Shown here: in pieces, positions 26,006 to 36,299 of the stretch
Position numbering within the stretch: position 1 is the first letter of the stretch
Layout: each line of letters begins with the position of its first letter
Assembly (NCBI RefSeq): GCF_046119375.1
Contig: NW_027362769.1
Location: 108,438,001-108,502,000 of the forward strand
DNA: 64,000 bases
Source: Phyllobates terribilis
Lineage: Eukaryota
Reading direction: 5' to 3'
Notes under the pieces: generated by a model
Told to the model about the DNA's origin: nothing
What the model saw: only the letters and a program-made list of their open reading frames with translations
The model's database searches: none
Made by a program: the position numbers and the translations under genes

Positions 26006-26257
26006 ATCATCAATGGAAATCAAATTTATTAACCAATGGAGGCCTGGATTTGGAGTCACCCCCAAAATTAAAGTGGAAAAACACGCTACAGGCTGATCCA
26101 ACTTTGAAGTAATGTCCTTAAAACAAGTCAAAATGAGGCTCAGTATAGTGTCGACTCCACGTGCCTGTATGACCTCCCTACAACGCCTGGGCATGCTCCT
26201 GATGAGGTTGCGGATGGTCTCCTGTGGGATCTCCTCCCAGACCTGGACTTAAGCATC

Positions 26258-27543
26258 TGACTCGCCCCCTGGGCCGTGGGGCACGCGGATCCGGGCGATA
26301 GGGGAACGATGGGGGTAGTAGTGGCGGCCCGGTCCCGCGGCTCAGGGTGGTCAGACCAATGGTAGTCTGCTACGTGCTTCAGATAATGTCCGACTACGCC
26401 ACCCGTGGATTGCGGTTATTAGGAACCGCCGCTGCAAGGCAGTCCGCTGGGGCCGATGGTGTGTGCAGCTGGGATGGTGTGACTCCCCACGGGAAGAGTG
26501 CGGCCCCAGGGCAGTGTAGTAGATGGTGGGAGTGATGGTGGGGAGAGTCCCAGTACCGGTAGTGCCGGAGGAGCGAAAAAGCACACAGACAACGTACTGC
26601 AGTCCAGGGTCTTTACTCACGGTTAATATCCAAGTCACTTCTGCAGGGAATGACTGCCCGAGCCTTGCTGCGTCCACCAGGTGTGGGGCTCGGTCAACTC
26701 CCAGGCAGCTCAGGAGCATGGCACAGGACCCCCTTTAATCCTTTCTCTGGCCTGCCTCACCAGTGACCCACTTTTGTCCAGCTGCCGCGGACTTGTACGG
26801 TTAAACGTGGGCCCCGTCCTCCGCTGTCCTATATGGTGCCTTCCTAGCAGGTTTGATGAGGTGTTGCACCAATAGATGATCACGACGACCGGTCTTTGGC
26901 TCAGGGTAGTTTCTCCTCCACCAACTTGGGATCTGGTACCCTTAATCTGCCTGGCCCTTCACCCTGGATTCTCGTGGGTTCTTAGGGTCCCTTCCATCTT
27001 CTTGTTCCTGAGCCCTTCTGTTTCTCTCTCTCTTCTCCTTCTTTCCTGTTCTGTCTTCTCCTCCTTCCCTTGGCCTCTTCTCCAGGCTCACTTCTCCTTC
27101 TCCTCTCAGGCTCCGGCCTCTTCTCTAGGCCTGCCTCTGGAGCAGCACTCAGCCTGAGCTGCTGCTCCCTGTCAGCTCTCCTCTCCTCACAGACTGAACA
27201 CTGTTCTAAGATGGTGCCCACCTTTTATACCTCCCTCTGACCATGAGCCCAGGTGACCAGCAACCAATGAGCTCCTATCTACGCTCAGGAACCAACCCCT
27301 ATCTGCCCCTACAGCACTGGGTGTTCCACCCCCCTCCCCACTCCAGGCAGGGACATAGTCGGTCGTGGCTGCACTTCTGTCTAGTGGGAGCACCGTTGAG
27401 CTGTCCCTCGGAAATGGGGTGTGTGTGCTGTATGCAGCTAACTGAACCCTGGTCCATACTCCATTCTTACCCGGGAGTGGAATATCACACCTCTGGACTG
27501 AGATGCAATACCCCTGTAGCGGCCGAACCCTCGGGGCGCTACA
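26258..27543 (-). mobile_element. Solo LTR, ~1.25 kb family, copy A
   Basis: TGACTCG...GCTACA; 4-bp TSD CATC (26254-26257, 27544-27547) restores the Tc1 host; TATAAAA on the minus strand at 27223-27229 (strand is inferred). Confidence 0.88.
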
Positions 27544-28201
27544 CATCCGCCAACTCCTGGACAGTCTGTGGTGCAACGTGACGTTGGTGGATGGAGCGAG
27601 ACATGATGTCCCAGATGTGCTCAATCGGATTCAGGTCTGGGGAACGGGCGGGCCAGTCCATAGCTTCAATGCCTTCATCTTGCAGGAACTGCTGACACAC
27701 TCAAGCCACATGAGGTCTGGCATTGTCCTGCATTAGGAGTAACCCAGGGCCAACCGCACCAGCATATGGCCTCACAAGGGGTCTGAGGATCTCATCTCAG
27801 TACCTAATGGCAGTCAGGCTACCTCTGGCGAGCACATGGAGGGCTGTGTGGCCCAACACCATTACTGACCCACTGCCAAACCATTCACGCTGAAGGATGT
27901 TGCAGGCAGCAGATCACTCTCCATGGCGTCTCCAGACTCTGTCACGTCTGTCACATGTTCTCAGTGTGAACCTGCTTTCATCTGTGAAGAGCACAGGGTG
28001 CCAGTGGCGACTTTGCCAATTCTGGTGTTCTGTAGCAAATGCCAAGAGTCCTCCATGGTGTTGTGCTGTGAGCACAACTCCCATCTGTGGACGTCGGGCC
28101 CTCATACCACCCTCATGGAGTCAGTTTCTAACCGTTTGTGCAGACACATGCACATTTGTGGCCTGCTGGAGGTCATTTTGCAGGGCTCTGGCAGTGCTCC
28201 T

Positions 28202-28624
28202 TGTTAGGATCTGCTACAAGCACTAAGGAAAGAAAGGAGATCTGTCCCTACAATAGAACTAAGCTAGATCCCTACGATGTAACGGGGAACCTGATCCTGC
28301 GATCAGACCCGCTAAAGTCCTCGGCTAGTCTGTACGAAGACCTATAGATGCAAGGGAGGGATCTCTACAAGAACTAGGGACTGGGATAAAGTTGGACACC
28401 TCCTAGCAGAGATTGTAGCAGTAAAAGACAAACACAGAACATAGAACATAAAGGTCCGAAGACCTAGCTAAACTGACTGAGAAAGGTAACTAAGCACCAG
28501 GCAAGCTTAAGAGTAGAAATTACAATGAAGTCCAGCAAGGCCAGGAGGGCGGAGCAGGATTAAATAGGCAAAAAAGGTCATGTGACCAGCAAGATAGAAA
28601 AAAACTAACAGGAGAGTTCTAACA
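28202..28624. mobile_element. Solo LTR, 423 bp, different family
   Basis: TGTTAGGA...TTCTAACA termini; 5-bp TSD CTCCT (28197-28201, 28625-28629) inside the Tc1 transposase. Confidence 0.88.
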
Positions 28625-29148
28625 CTCCTCCTGTTCCTCGTTGCACAAAGGTGGAGGTAGCGGTCCTGCTGCTGGGTTGCTGCCCTCCTACGGCCCCCTC
28701 CACGTCTCCTGGTGTACTGGCCTGTCTCCTGGTAGCGCCTCCAGCCTCTGGACACTACGCTGACAGACACAGCAAACCTTCTTGCCACAGCTCGCATTGA
28801 TTTGCCATCCTGGATGAGCTGCACTACCTGAGCAACTTCTGTGGGTTGTAGAGTCCGTCTCATGCTACCACGAGTGTGAAAGCACAACCAACATTCAAAA
28901 GTGACCAAAACATCAGCCAGAAAGCATTGGTACTGAGAACCACCTGCAGAACCACTCCTTTATTGAGGGTGTCTTGATAATTGCCAATAATTTCCATCTA
29001 TTGTCTATTCCATTTGCACAAAAGCATGTGAAATTGATTGTCAATCAGTGCTGCTTCCTAAGTGGACAGTTTGATTTCACAGAAGTTTGATTAACTTAGA
29101 GTTATATTCTGTTGTTTGAATGTTCCCTTTATTTTTTTGAGCAGTGTA

Positions 29149-30706
29149 CACTGTGTGCCGAATTATTAGGCAAGTTGTATTTTATAGGATTATTTTATTA
29201 TTGATGAACAACTATGTTCTCAATCAACCCAAAAGACGCATAAATATCCAAGCTTAATATTTTTGGAAGTTGGAGTGTTTTTTTTTTTTAGATTTGGCTA
29301 TCTTAGGAGGATATCTGTTTGTGCAGGTAACTATTACTGTGCCGAATTATTAGGCAACTTAATAAAAACCAAATAAAATCCCATCTCGCTTGTTTATTTC
29401 CACCAGGTAAACCAATATCAGTGCACAAAATTTAGAAATAAACATTTCTGACATGCAAAAACCAAAAAAATTACTGATCAATATAGCCACCTTTCTTTAT
29501 GATGACACTCAACAGCCTTACATCCATAGATTCTGTCAGTTGCTTGATCTGTTTTCGATCAACATTGCGTGCAGCAGCCACCACAGCCTCCCAGACACTG
29601 TTCCGAGAGGTGTACTGTTTTCCCTCCCTGTAGATCTCACATTTTATGATGGACCACAGGTTCTCTATGGGGTTCAGATCAGGTGAACAAGGGGGCCATG
29701 TCATTATTTTTTCTTCTTTTAGACCTTTACTGGCCAGCCACGCTGTGGAGTAGTTGGATGCATGTGATGGAGCATTGTCCTGCATGAAAATCATGTTTTT
29801 CTTGAACGATACCGACTTCTTCCTGTACCACTGCTTGAAGAAGTTGTCTTCTAGAAACTGGCAGTAGGTCTGGGAGTTGAACTTCACTCCATCCTCAACC
29901 CGAAAAGGTCCCACAAGTTCATCTTTGATGATACCAGCCCATACCAGTACCCCACCTCCACCTTGCTGGCGTCCGAGTCGGAGTGGAGCTCTCTGCCTTT
30001 TACTGATCCAGCCTCTGGCCCATCCATCTGGCCCATCAAGAGTCACTCTCATTTCATCAGTCCATAAAACCTTTGAAAAATCAGTCTTAAGATATTTCTT
30101 GGCCCATTCTTGACGTTTTATCTTATGTTTCTTGTTCAAAGGTGGTCGTTTTTCAACCTTCCTTACCTTGGCCATGTCCCTGAGTAGCGCACACCTTGTG
30201 CTTTTTGATACTCCAGTAACGTTGCAGCTATGAAATATGGTAAAACTGGTGGCGAATGGCATCTTGGCAGCTTCACGCGTGATTTTTTTCAATTCATGGG
30301 CAGTTATTTTGCGCCTTTTTTGGCCAACACGCTTCTTGCGACCCTGTTGGCTATTTGCCATGAAACGCTTGATTGTTCGGTGATCACGCGTCAAAAGTTT
30401 GAAAATTTCAAGACTGCTGCTTCCCTCTGCAAGACATCTCACAATTTTGGACTTTTCAGAGCCCGTCAAATCTCTCTTCTGACCCATTTTGCCCAAGGAA
30501 AGGAAGTTGCCTAATAATTAAGCACACCTTTTATAGGGTGTTGATGTCATTAGTCAACACCCCTCCTCATTACAGAGATGCACATCACCAGATTTACTTA
30601 ATTGGTAGTTGGCTCTCAAGCCTATGCAGCTTGGAGTAGGACAACATGTATAAAAAGTATCAAAGTGATCAAAATACTCATTTGCCTAATAATTCTGCAC
30701 ACAGTG
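29149..30706 (-). mobile_element. Full-length Tc1/mariner DD37E (TRT-type) element
   Basis: TIRs CACTGTGTGCCGAATTATTAGGCAA / TTGCCTAATAATTCTGCACACAGTG; TA on the left, TGTA(TA)n on the right. Confidence 0.93.
29471..30496 (-). CDS. Intact DD37E transposase (341 aa; probable start MGQKRD at 30487)
   Basis: Uninterrupted ORF; WTDE, QDNAP and NPIENLW with 37 residues counted between the second D and E. Confidence 0.88.
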   Translation of the reverse strand: MGKMGQKRDLTGSEKSKIVRCLAEGSSSLEIFKLLTRDHRTIKRFMANSQQGRKKRVGQKRRKITAHELKKITREAAKMPFATSFTIFHSCNVTGVSKSTRCALLRDMAKVRKVEKRPPLNKKHKIKRQEWAKKYLKTDFSKVLWTDEMRVTLDGPDGWARGWISKRQRAPLRLGRQQGGGGVLVWAGIIKDELVGPFRVEDGVKFNSQTYCQFLEDNFFKQWYRKKSVSFKKNMIFMQDNAPSHASNYSTAWLASKGLKEEKIMTWPPCSPDLNPIENLWSIIKCEIYREGKQYTSRNSVWEAVVAAARNVDRKQIKQLTESMDVRLLSVIIKKGGYIDQ

Positions 30707-30718
30707 TGTATATATATA

Positions 30719-32344
30719 CAGTACAGACCAAAAGTTTGGACACACCTTCTCATTTAAAGATTTTTCTGTATTTTCATGACTATGAAAATTGTACATTCAC
30801 ACTGAAGGCATCAAAACTATGAATTAACACATGTGGAATTATATACTTAACAAAAAAGTGTGAAACAACTGAAAATATGTCTTTTATTCTAGGTTCTTCA
30901 AAGTAGCCACCTTTTGCTTTGATTACTGCTTTGCACACTCTTGGCATTCTCCTGATGAGCTTCAAGAGGTAGTCACCGGAAATGGTCTTCCAACAATCTT
31001 GAAGGAGTTCCTAGAGATGGTTAGCACTTGTTGACCCTTTTGCCTTCACTCTGCGGTCCAGCTCACCCCAAACCTTCTTGATTGGGTTCAGTTCTGGTGA
31101 GTGTGGAGGCCAGGTCATCTGGCGTAGCACCCCATCACTCTCCTTCTTGGTCAAATAGCCCTTACACAGACTGGAGGTGTGTTTGGGGTCATTGTCCTGT
31201 TGAAAAATAAATGATGGTCCAACTAAACGCAAACCGGATGGAATAGCATGCCGCTGCAAGATGCTGTGGTAGCCATGCTGGTTCAGTATGCCTTCAATTT
31301 TGAATAAATCCCCAACAGTGTCACCAGCAAAGCACCCCCACACCATCACACCTCCTCCTCCATGCTTCACGGTGGGAACCAGGCATGTAGAGTCCATCCG
31401 TTCACCTTTTCTGCATCGCACAAAGACACGGTAGTTGGAAGCAAAGATCTCAAATTTGGACTCATCAGACCAAAGCACAGATTTCCACTGGTCTAATGTC
31501 CATTCCTTGTGTTCTTTAGCCAAACAATTCTCTTCTGCTTGTTGCCTGTCCTTAGCAGTGGTTTCCTAGCAGCTATTTTACCATGAAGGCCTGCTGCACA
31601 AAGTCTCCTCTTAACAGTTGTTGAAGAGATGTGTCTGCTGCTAGAACTCTGTGTGGCATTGACCTGGTCTCTAATCTGAGCTGCTGTTAACCTGCGATTT
31701 CTGAGGCTGGTGACTCGGATAAACTTATCCTCAGAAGCAGAGGTGACTCTTGGTCTTCCTTTCCTGGGGCGGTCCTCATGTGAGCCAGTTTCTTTATAGT
31801 GCCTTATGATTTTTGCAACTGCACTTGGGGACACTTTCAAAGTTTGCCCAATTTTTCACACTGACTGACCTTCATTTCTTAAAGTAATGATGGCCACTCA
31901 TTTTTCTTTACTTAGAATTTGTATTATGGCAATAAAAAAGCAGCTAACAGTCTATTTAGTAGGACTATCAGCTGTGTATCCACCTGACTTCTGCACAACA
32001 CAACTGATGGTCCCAACCCCATTTATAAGGCAAGAAATCCAACTTATTAAACCTGACAGGGCACACCTGTGAAATGAAAACCATTTCCGGTGACTACCTC
32101 TTGAAGCTCATCAAGAGAATGCCAAGAGTGTGCAAAGCAGTCATCAAAGCAAAAGGTGGCTACTTTGAAGAACCTAGAATATAAGACATATTTTCAGTTG
32201 TTTCACACTTTTTTGTTAAGTATATAATTCCACATGTGTTAATTCATAGTTTTGATGCCTTCAGTGTGAATGTACAATTTTCATAGTCATGAAAATACAG
32301 AAAAATCTTTAAATGAGAAGTCGTGTCCAAACTTTTGGTCTGTA

Positions 32345-32347
<3 letters not shown>
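30719..32347 (-). mobile_element. Tc1/mariner DD38E (Intruder-type) element with ~265 bp TIRs; transposase decayed
   Basis: CAGTACAGACCAAAAGTTTGGACAC termini with TA flanks; VLWSDESKF and QDNDPKH...WPPHSPELNPIK give 38-residue spacing with catalytic E replaced by K; frameshift near 31505. Confidence 0.88.
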
Positions 32348-32381
<34 letters not shown>

Positions 32382-32389
32382 TATATATA
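32348..32389. repeat. (TA)n microsatellite
   Basis: Seen directly at the right end of the DD38E element. Confidence 0.95.
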
Positions 32390-32439
32390 CACACACCTTA
32401 CATAGTCTATATACTAAGGGACTGTGCTATACATAATAA

Positions 32440-32689
32440 GGCCACATTCCTGTATCTGTGTGCAGTGTTGGTGTGCTGCCCGATTTTACAGACACATTGA
32501 GCATATCCTATTCTGATTCTCAAAATTGGATCAGAACAGGACATTCTCTGACCCTCACAGATCTCATTCTCAGATTTGTGATATTAACGAATGTGTGAAT
32601 GAATCTATAAAACTCTACAAGTCCTTGTGCTGTCCAATAAAAAAATCTGACCGCACACGGACATTTCACACAAATGTGAGAATGCAGCC
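32440..32689. mobile_element. Harbinger/PIF-type MITE
   Basis: TAA|GGCCACATTC ... GAATGCAGCC|TGA. Confidence 0.5.
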
Positions 32690-32692
32690 TGA

Positions 32693-33605
32693 GGCTGTGT
32701 GGCCACTATGCGTTTTTTAAGCGTTTCCGCAGCGGCAATTCCGCTGCAGAAATGCTTAAAAAATGCTTGGTAGAAGGTCTGCTATGTTCCCCAATGATAT
32801 CATTGCGAAAATTTCCGCTGCGGATTATCATTGCAGAAAAATCCGCAGCACTACCAATTATTTTGCGTAATCGCGGCATTTTCGCCGCCATTGACTTGCA
32901 TTGAATCGCTTAATATCCGCATGACTACATGTGCACATGATATTAAGCGATTCAATGTGCGGATGGTACCCGGGTCTGGAGAAGAGGAGACTCTCATCCA
33001 CACCCGGGTACCATAGTACCTGTAAAAAAAAAGAATTAAAATAAAAAATATACATTATACTCACCTTCTGATGGCCCCTGGTCTCCATAGTGATGCGTCT
33101 TGGCTTCCCGGCGGCTCGCCATAGTCTAAAAGGACCTGCTATGACGTCATTTAGTCATGTGATGGGTCACGCAACCGCTGACATGTCACATGACTAAATG
33201 ATGTCATGGAAGGTCCTTTCACACAACCGCGAGACACCAGGAAGACCGGACACATCGGATAAGGAGACCGGGGGCCATCGGAAGGTGAGTATATGGTTTT
33301 TTGTTTTTTTTTTACCATTTTTATTCTTTTTTTTTAACTAACTTGGTCACACTATATAAAATCCATGCCGGTTGCATGGATTTATTTAGTGTGACCAAGT
33401 TGTCAAGCACTTTTCCAAGTGATGCTAAAATCACTTGGAAAGCGCTTGACAACCCGCATGCGGAAATGCATGTGAAAAACGCTTCACTTACGCTTGTCCC
33501 TGGCAGGAAAAATGCATGTACAATCCACATGCGTTTTTTCTTCCAGTGAGATGCAGAAACGCTTAGGAAAAATCCAGAGCATTTCTGCATCGTGAGCACT
33601 TAGCC
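32693..33605. mobile_element. Harbinger/PIF-type non-autonomous element related to 10444 and 53088
   Basis: TGA|GGCTGTGTGGCCACTATGC ... GCATCGTGAGCACTTAGCC|TAA; internal ~24 bp hairpin at ~33400-33455. Confidence 0.62.
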
Positions 33606-33609
33606 TAAG

Positions 33610-35267
33610 GGAGTTTACAGATAACATTATCACTCCAAGTCACACAGTGCAGATACAGAATATATTTACATCCAGGCACTTACCACTGACGTCTCATCTG
33701 ATTAGTCATTTTCTGCTGTTTCTTCTCCATCTGGTCAGACCTTCATGTTGACATCTCCCAGCCACGTCTTGTCTTGTCACAATGATCTCCAGCCTAGAAA
33801 ATAACAAGGTCACATATATTGTATACATACATGCGTCTCCCCCACATTTTGGAGGTGGGAGAAGACGTTATCAGGTACTGAGTATCCTCCGCCACATCCC
33901 AATTCATTACAAATCCCTGACAGCGTCTTCTCCCACCTTTCAATTCATTATAAAGTGTCCTATGCATCTTACACCCATCATTGCTCTCCTCCCATCTGTG
34001 TTCTTCCACCCCACACCTCAGTGTCCTCTCCCCCACCCTCATCATTGTTCTCCCACACCACCTCCATCATTGCTGTCCCACACACACCCATCATTGCTGT
34101 CCCACACCACCTCGATCATTGCTGTCCCACACCACCTCGATCATTGCTGTACCACACCACCTCCATCATTGCTGTACCACACCACCTCCATCATTGTTGT
34201 CTCACACCACCTCCATCATTGCTGTCCTACACCCCCATCATTGCTGTCCCACACCACACCCATCATTGCTGTCCCACACCCCCATCATTGCTGTCCCACA
34301 CCACCCCATCATTGCTGTCCCACACCACCCCCACCATTGCTGTCCCACACCACCCCCGTCATTGCTGTTGCACACCACCCCCATCATTGCTCTCCCCCAT
34401 CACCTTCATCATTGCCCCCCATCACCCTCATCATTGCTCCCCCCCATCACCCCCATCATTGCTCTCCACCATCACTGCTATCCCCCATCATCCCCATCAT
34501 TGCTCTCCCCCCCATCACTGCTCTCCCATCACTGCTCTCCTCCCATCATTCTCATCATTGCTCTCCCCCATCCTCCTCGTTACTATCCCCCATCATCCTC
34601 ATCATTGCTCTCCCCCATCACTGCTCTCCCCACATCACCCCCCATCATTGCTCTCCCCGTCATCATCGTCATCATTGCTGTCTGTCATCATCCTCATCAT
34701 TGCTGTCACATCACCCTCATCATTGCTCTCCCCCATCATTCTCATCACTACTGTCCCCCATCATTGCTCTCCCCCACATCATTGCTGTTCCCTCATCATT
34801 GCTCTTCTCCCATGATTGCTCTCCTCCCATCATCCTCATCATTGCTGTCCCCCATCATTGCCCCAGTGTATTGGATAAAATGAAAAAAAACAACAACTTA
34901 CCTCTCAGCCCGCTCCCCTGCAGCATCGTCATTACCAGCAACTTTCTCCCTGACACAGGCGCGTGCTGCTTGCTGACGTCATCAAGCAGCACGCATCTGT
35001 GTCACGCAGAAAGCACAGGCGGGCAGGAAGCAGAGGACGGATCCCTGCAACTCTGCTGCCATTTTCTCTTATAGGCAGCGGAGCTGCAGGGACCGCTCCC
35101 TGCCCGCTGCACATAATGAGGGCAATCTGGCCATTGGCCCCTGGGAGCCTCGGGCTCTGAGAAACTGGCCAGCTTGCCCTCATTATTATCCACCTTGCAA
35201 GGGCTCCCCTGCACCACCGGGCCCCGGTGCAGTTGCACTGGCTGCACCGGCGGTATGTCCGCCCCTG
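33610..35267 (-). mobile_element. hAT-like non-autonomous element carrying a minisatellite (left end uncertain)
   Basis: Right terminus reads CAGGGGCGGACATACCGCCGGTGCAGCC on the minus strand; internal GC-rich segment, minisatellite, and a segment homologous to 14830-14950. Confidence 0.5.
33960..34862 (+). repeat. Low-complexity minisatellite (CACCCCCATCATTGCTGTCC-type, ~18-24 bp units)
   Basis: Recurrent CATCATTGCT core; explains the His/Pro/Cys-rich ORFs. Confidence 0.9.
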
Positions 35268-35338
35268 GGTCTAGCAAAGTTCACAACACGGCAGAAAATT
35301 TGCAGAGATCCCTCAACAGAACGGTTACACATCCTTAA

Positions 35339-36187
35339 GGGTATGTTCACACAGAGGGTTTTTTTGACGAGGACTCAGATTGGCTCTAAAATCCACATCA
35401 ATGAGTATTTGAAGTGTTTTTTATATGGATTTTGATCCACTTCAATATCCACATAAAAAAATAATTGTGTTTGCACTTTTTGTTTAGTCTTTGAGGTTTG
35501 TTTATTGAATGATTTTCTTTTGCTCCTTATTGTTCTTTTAATTTGTCCCTTTTTTAAAGTCTACTTGAGGACAGGGTTTGGGGTTTCCAGATGTTTTTGG
35601 TTGACACAATATCACCTTTTTGAAAAGTTGCAAAATTTCATGTTCACCAGCTATTTTTTGCACAAATTTTGAGACATTTTAGAGAAACATGCAACTTTTT
35701 TTTAGCTAAAAAGTTGCAAAACGGTTTAAAGAAAAAAATAAAGAGCATTTTTTATTATTCTCAAAATACATGAACCAAGTGTGCCATATTGAAGAATCTG
35801 GTGCAAAAAAACAAATGAATACCACAAGACAAAAAAAACACACAAATGATGAATATGTTCACATGAAAATTTTTAGACATGGATTTTTCAAGCTGAAAAT
35901 CCATGTTAAAGGAAAAGCTTCAAAACACACATTTTTCTGTTTCAATTCATTCAGAAGTCAAATTTGGAGCATTTTTCATTTTTTGAGGTATAAACAGCTC
36001 AAGAATGGACATGTTTCTTTTTTCCACATAAAAAAACTGTACTATGTACATTATTGGCGTTTTACAATTTGAATTAATATGAAGTTCATACAATTCATAC
36101 AAAGAGTATTCGAAGCATTTTGTTTCACATGGATTTTGGAGTAGATTATGCTCCAAAATCTGAGTAAAACAACTTGTGAGCATGTCT
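35339..36187. mobile_element. Degenerate Harbinger-type non-autonomous element
   Basis: TAA|GGGTATGTTCACAC ... TGTGAGCATGTCT imperfect TIR. Confidence 0.4.
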
Positions 36188-36246
36188 CAAGTAAGGATAG
36201 TTGCATTTTACATTTTGTAATATTACACATATTACACAATGTAATA

Positions 36247-36299
36247 CAACCCCAGTTCAAAAAGAAGTTGGGATGCTGTGTAAAATGTAAAGAAAAAAA
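36247..36299. mobile_element. Isolated Tc1-like terminal fragment abutting the satellite
   Basis: TA|CAACCCCAGTTCAAAAAGAAGTTGGGATGCTGTGTAAAATG resembles a common Tc1 TIR start (from memory). Confidence 0.55.

Larger units (their letters stand above)
26006..29146 (-). mobile_element. Tc1 (DD34E), lacking its 3' terminus and interrupted by two solo LTRs; transposase 28863->26140
   Basis: [20 protein letters not shown]..., VLFTDESRF, QDNARPHVA...WPARSPDLNPIE (34-residue spacing); 5' terminus CACTGCTCAAAAAAATAAAGGG with TA 29147-29148. Confidence 0.9.

Noticed and set aside
33782-35074. 430-aa His/Pro/Cys-rich ORF and two overlapping frames
   Set aside because: Low-complexity C/A/T minisatellite is open in all three frames; no domain or gene structure
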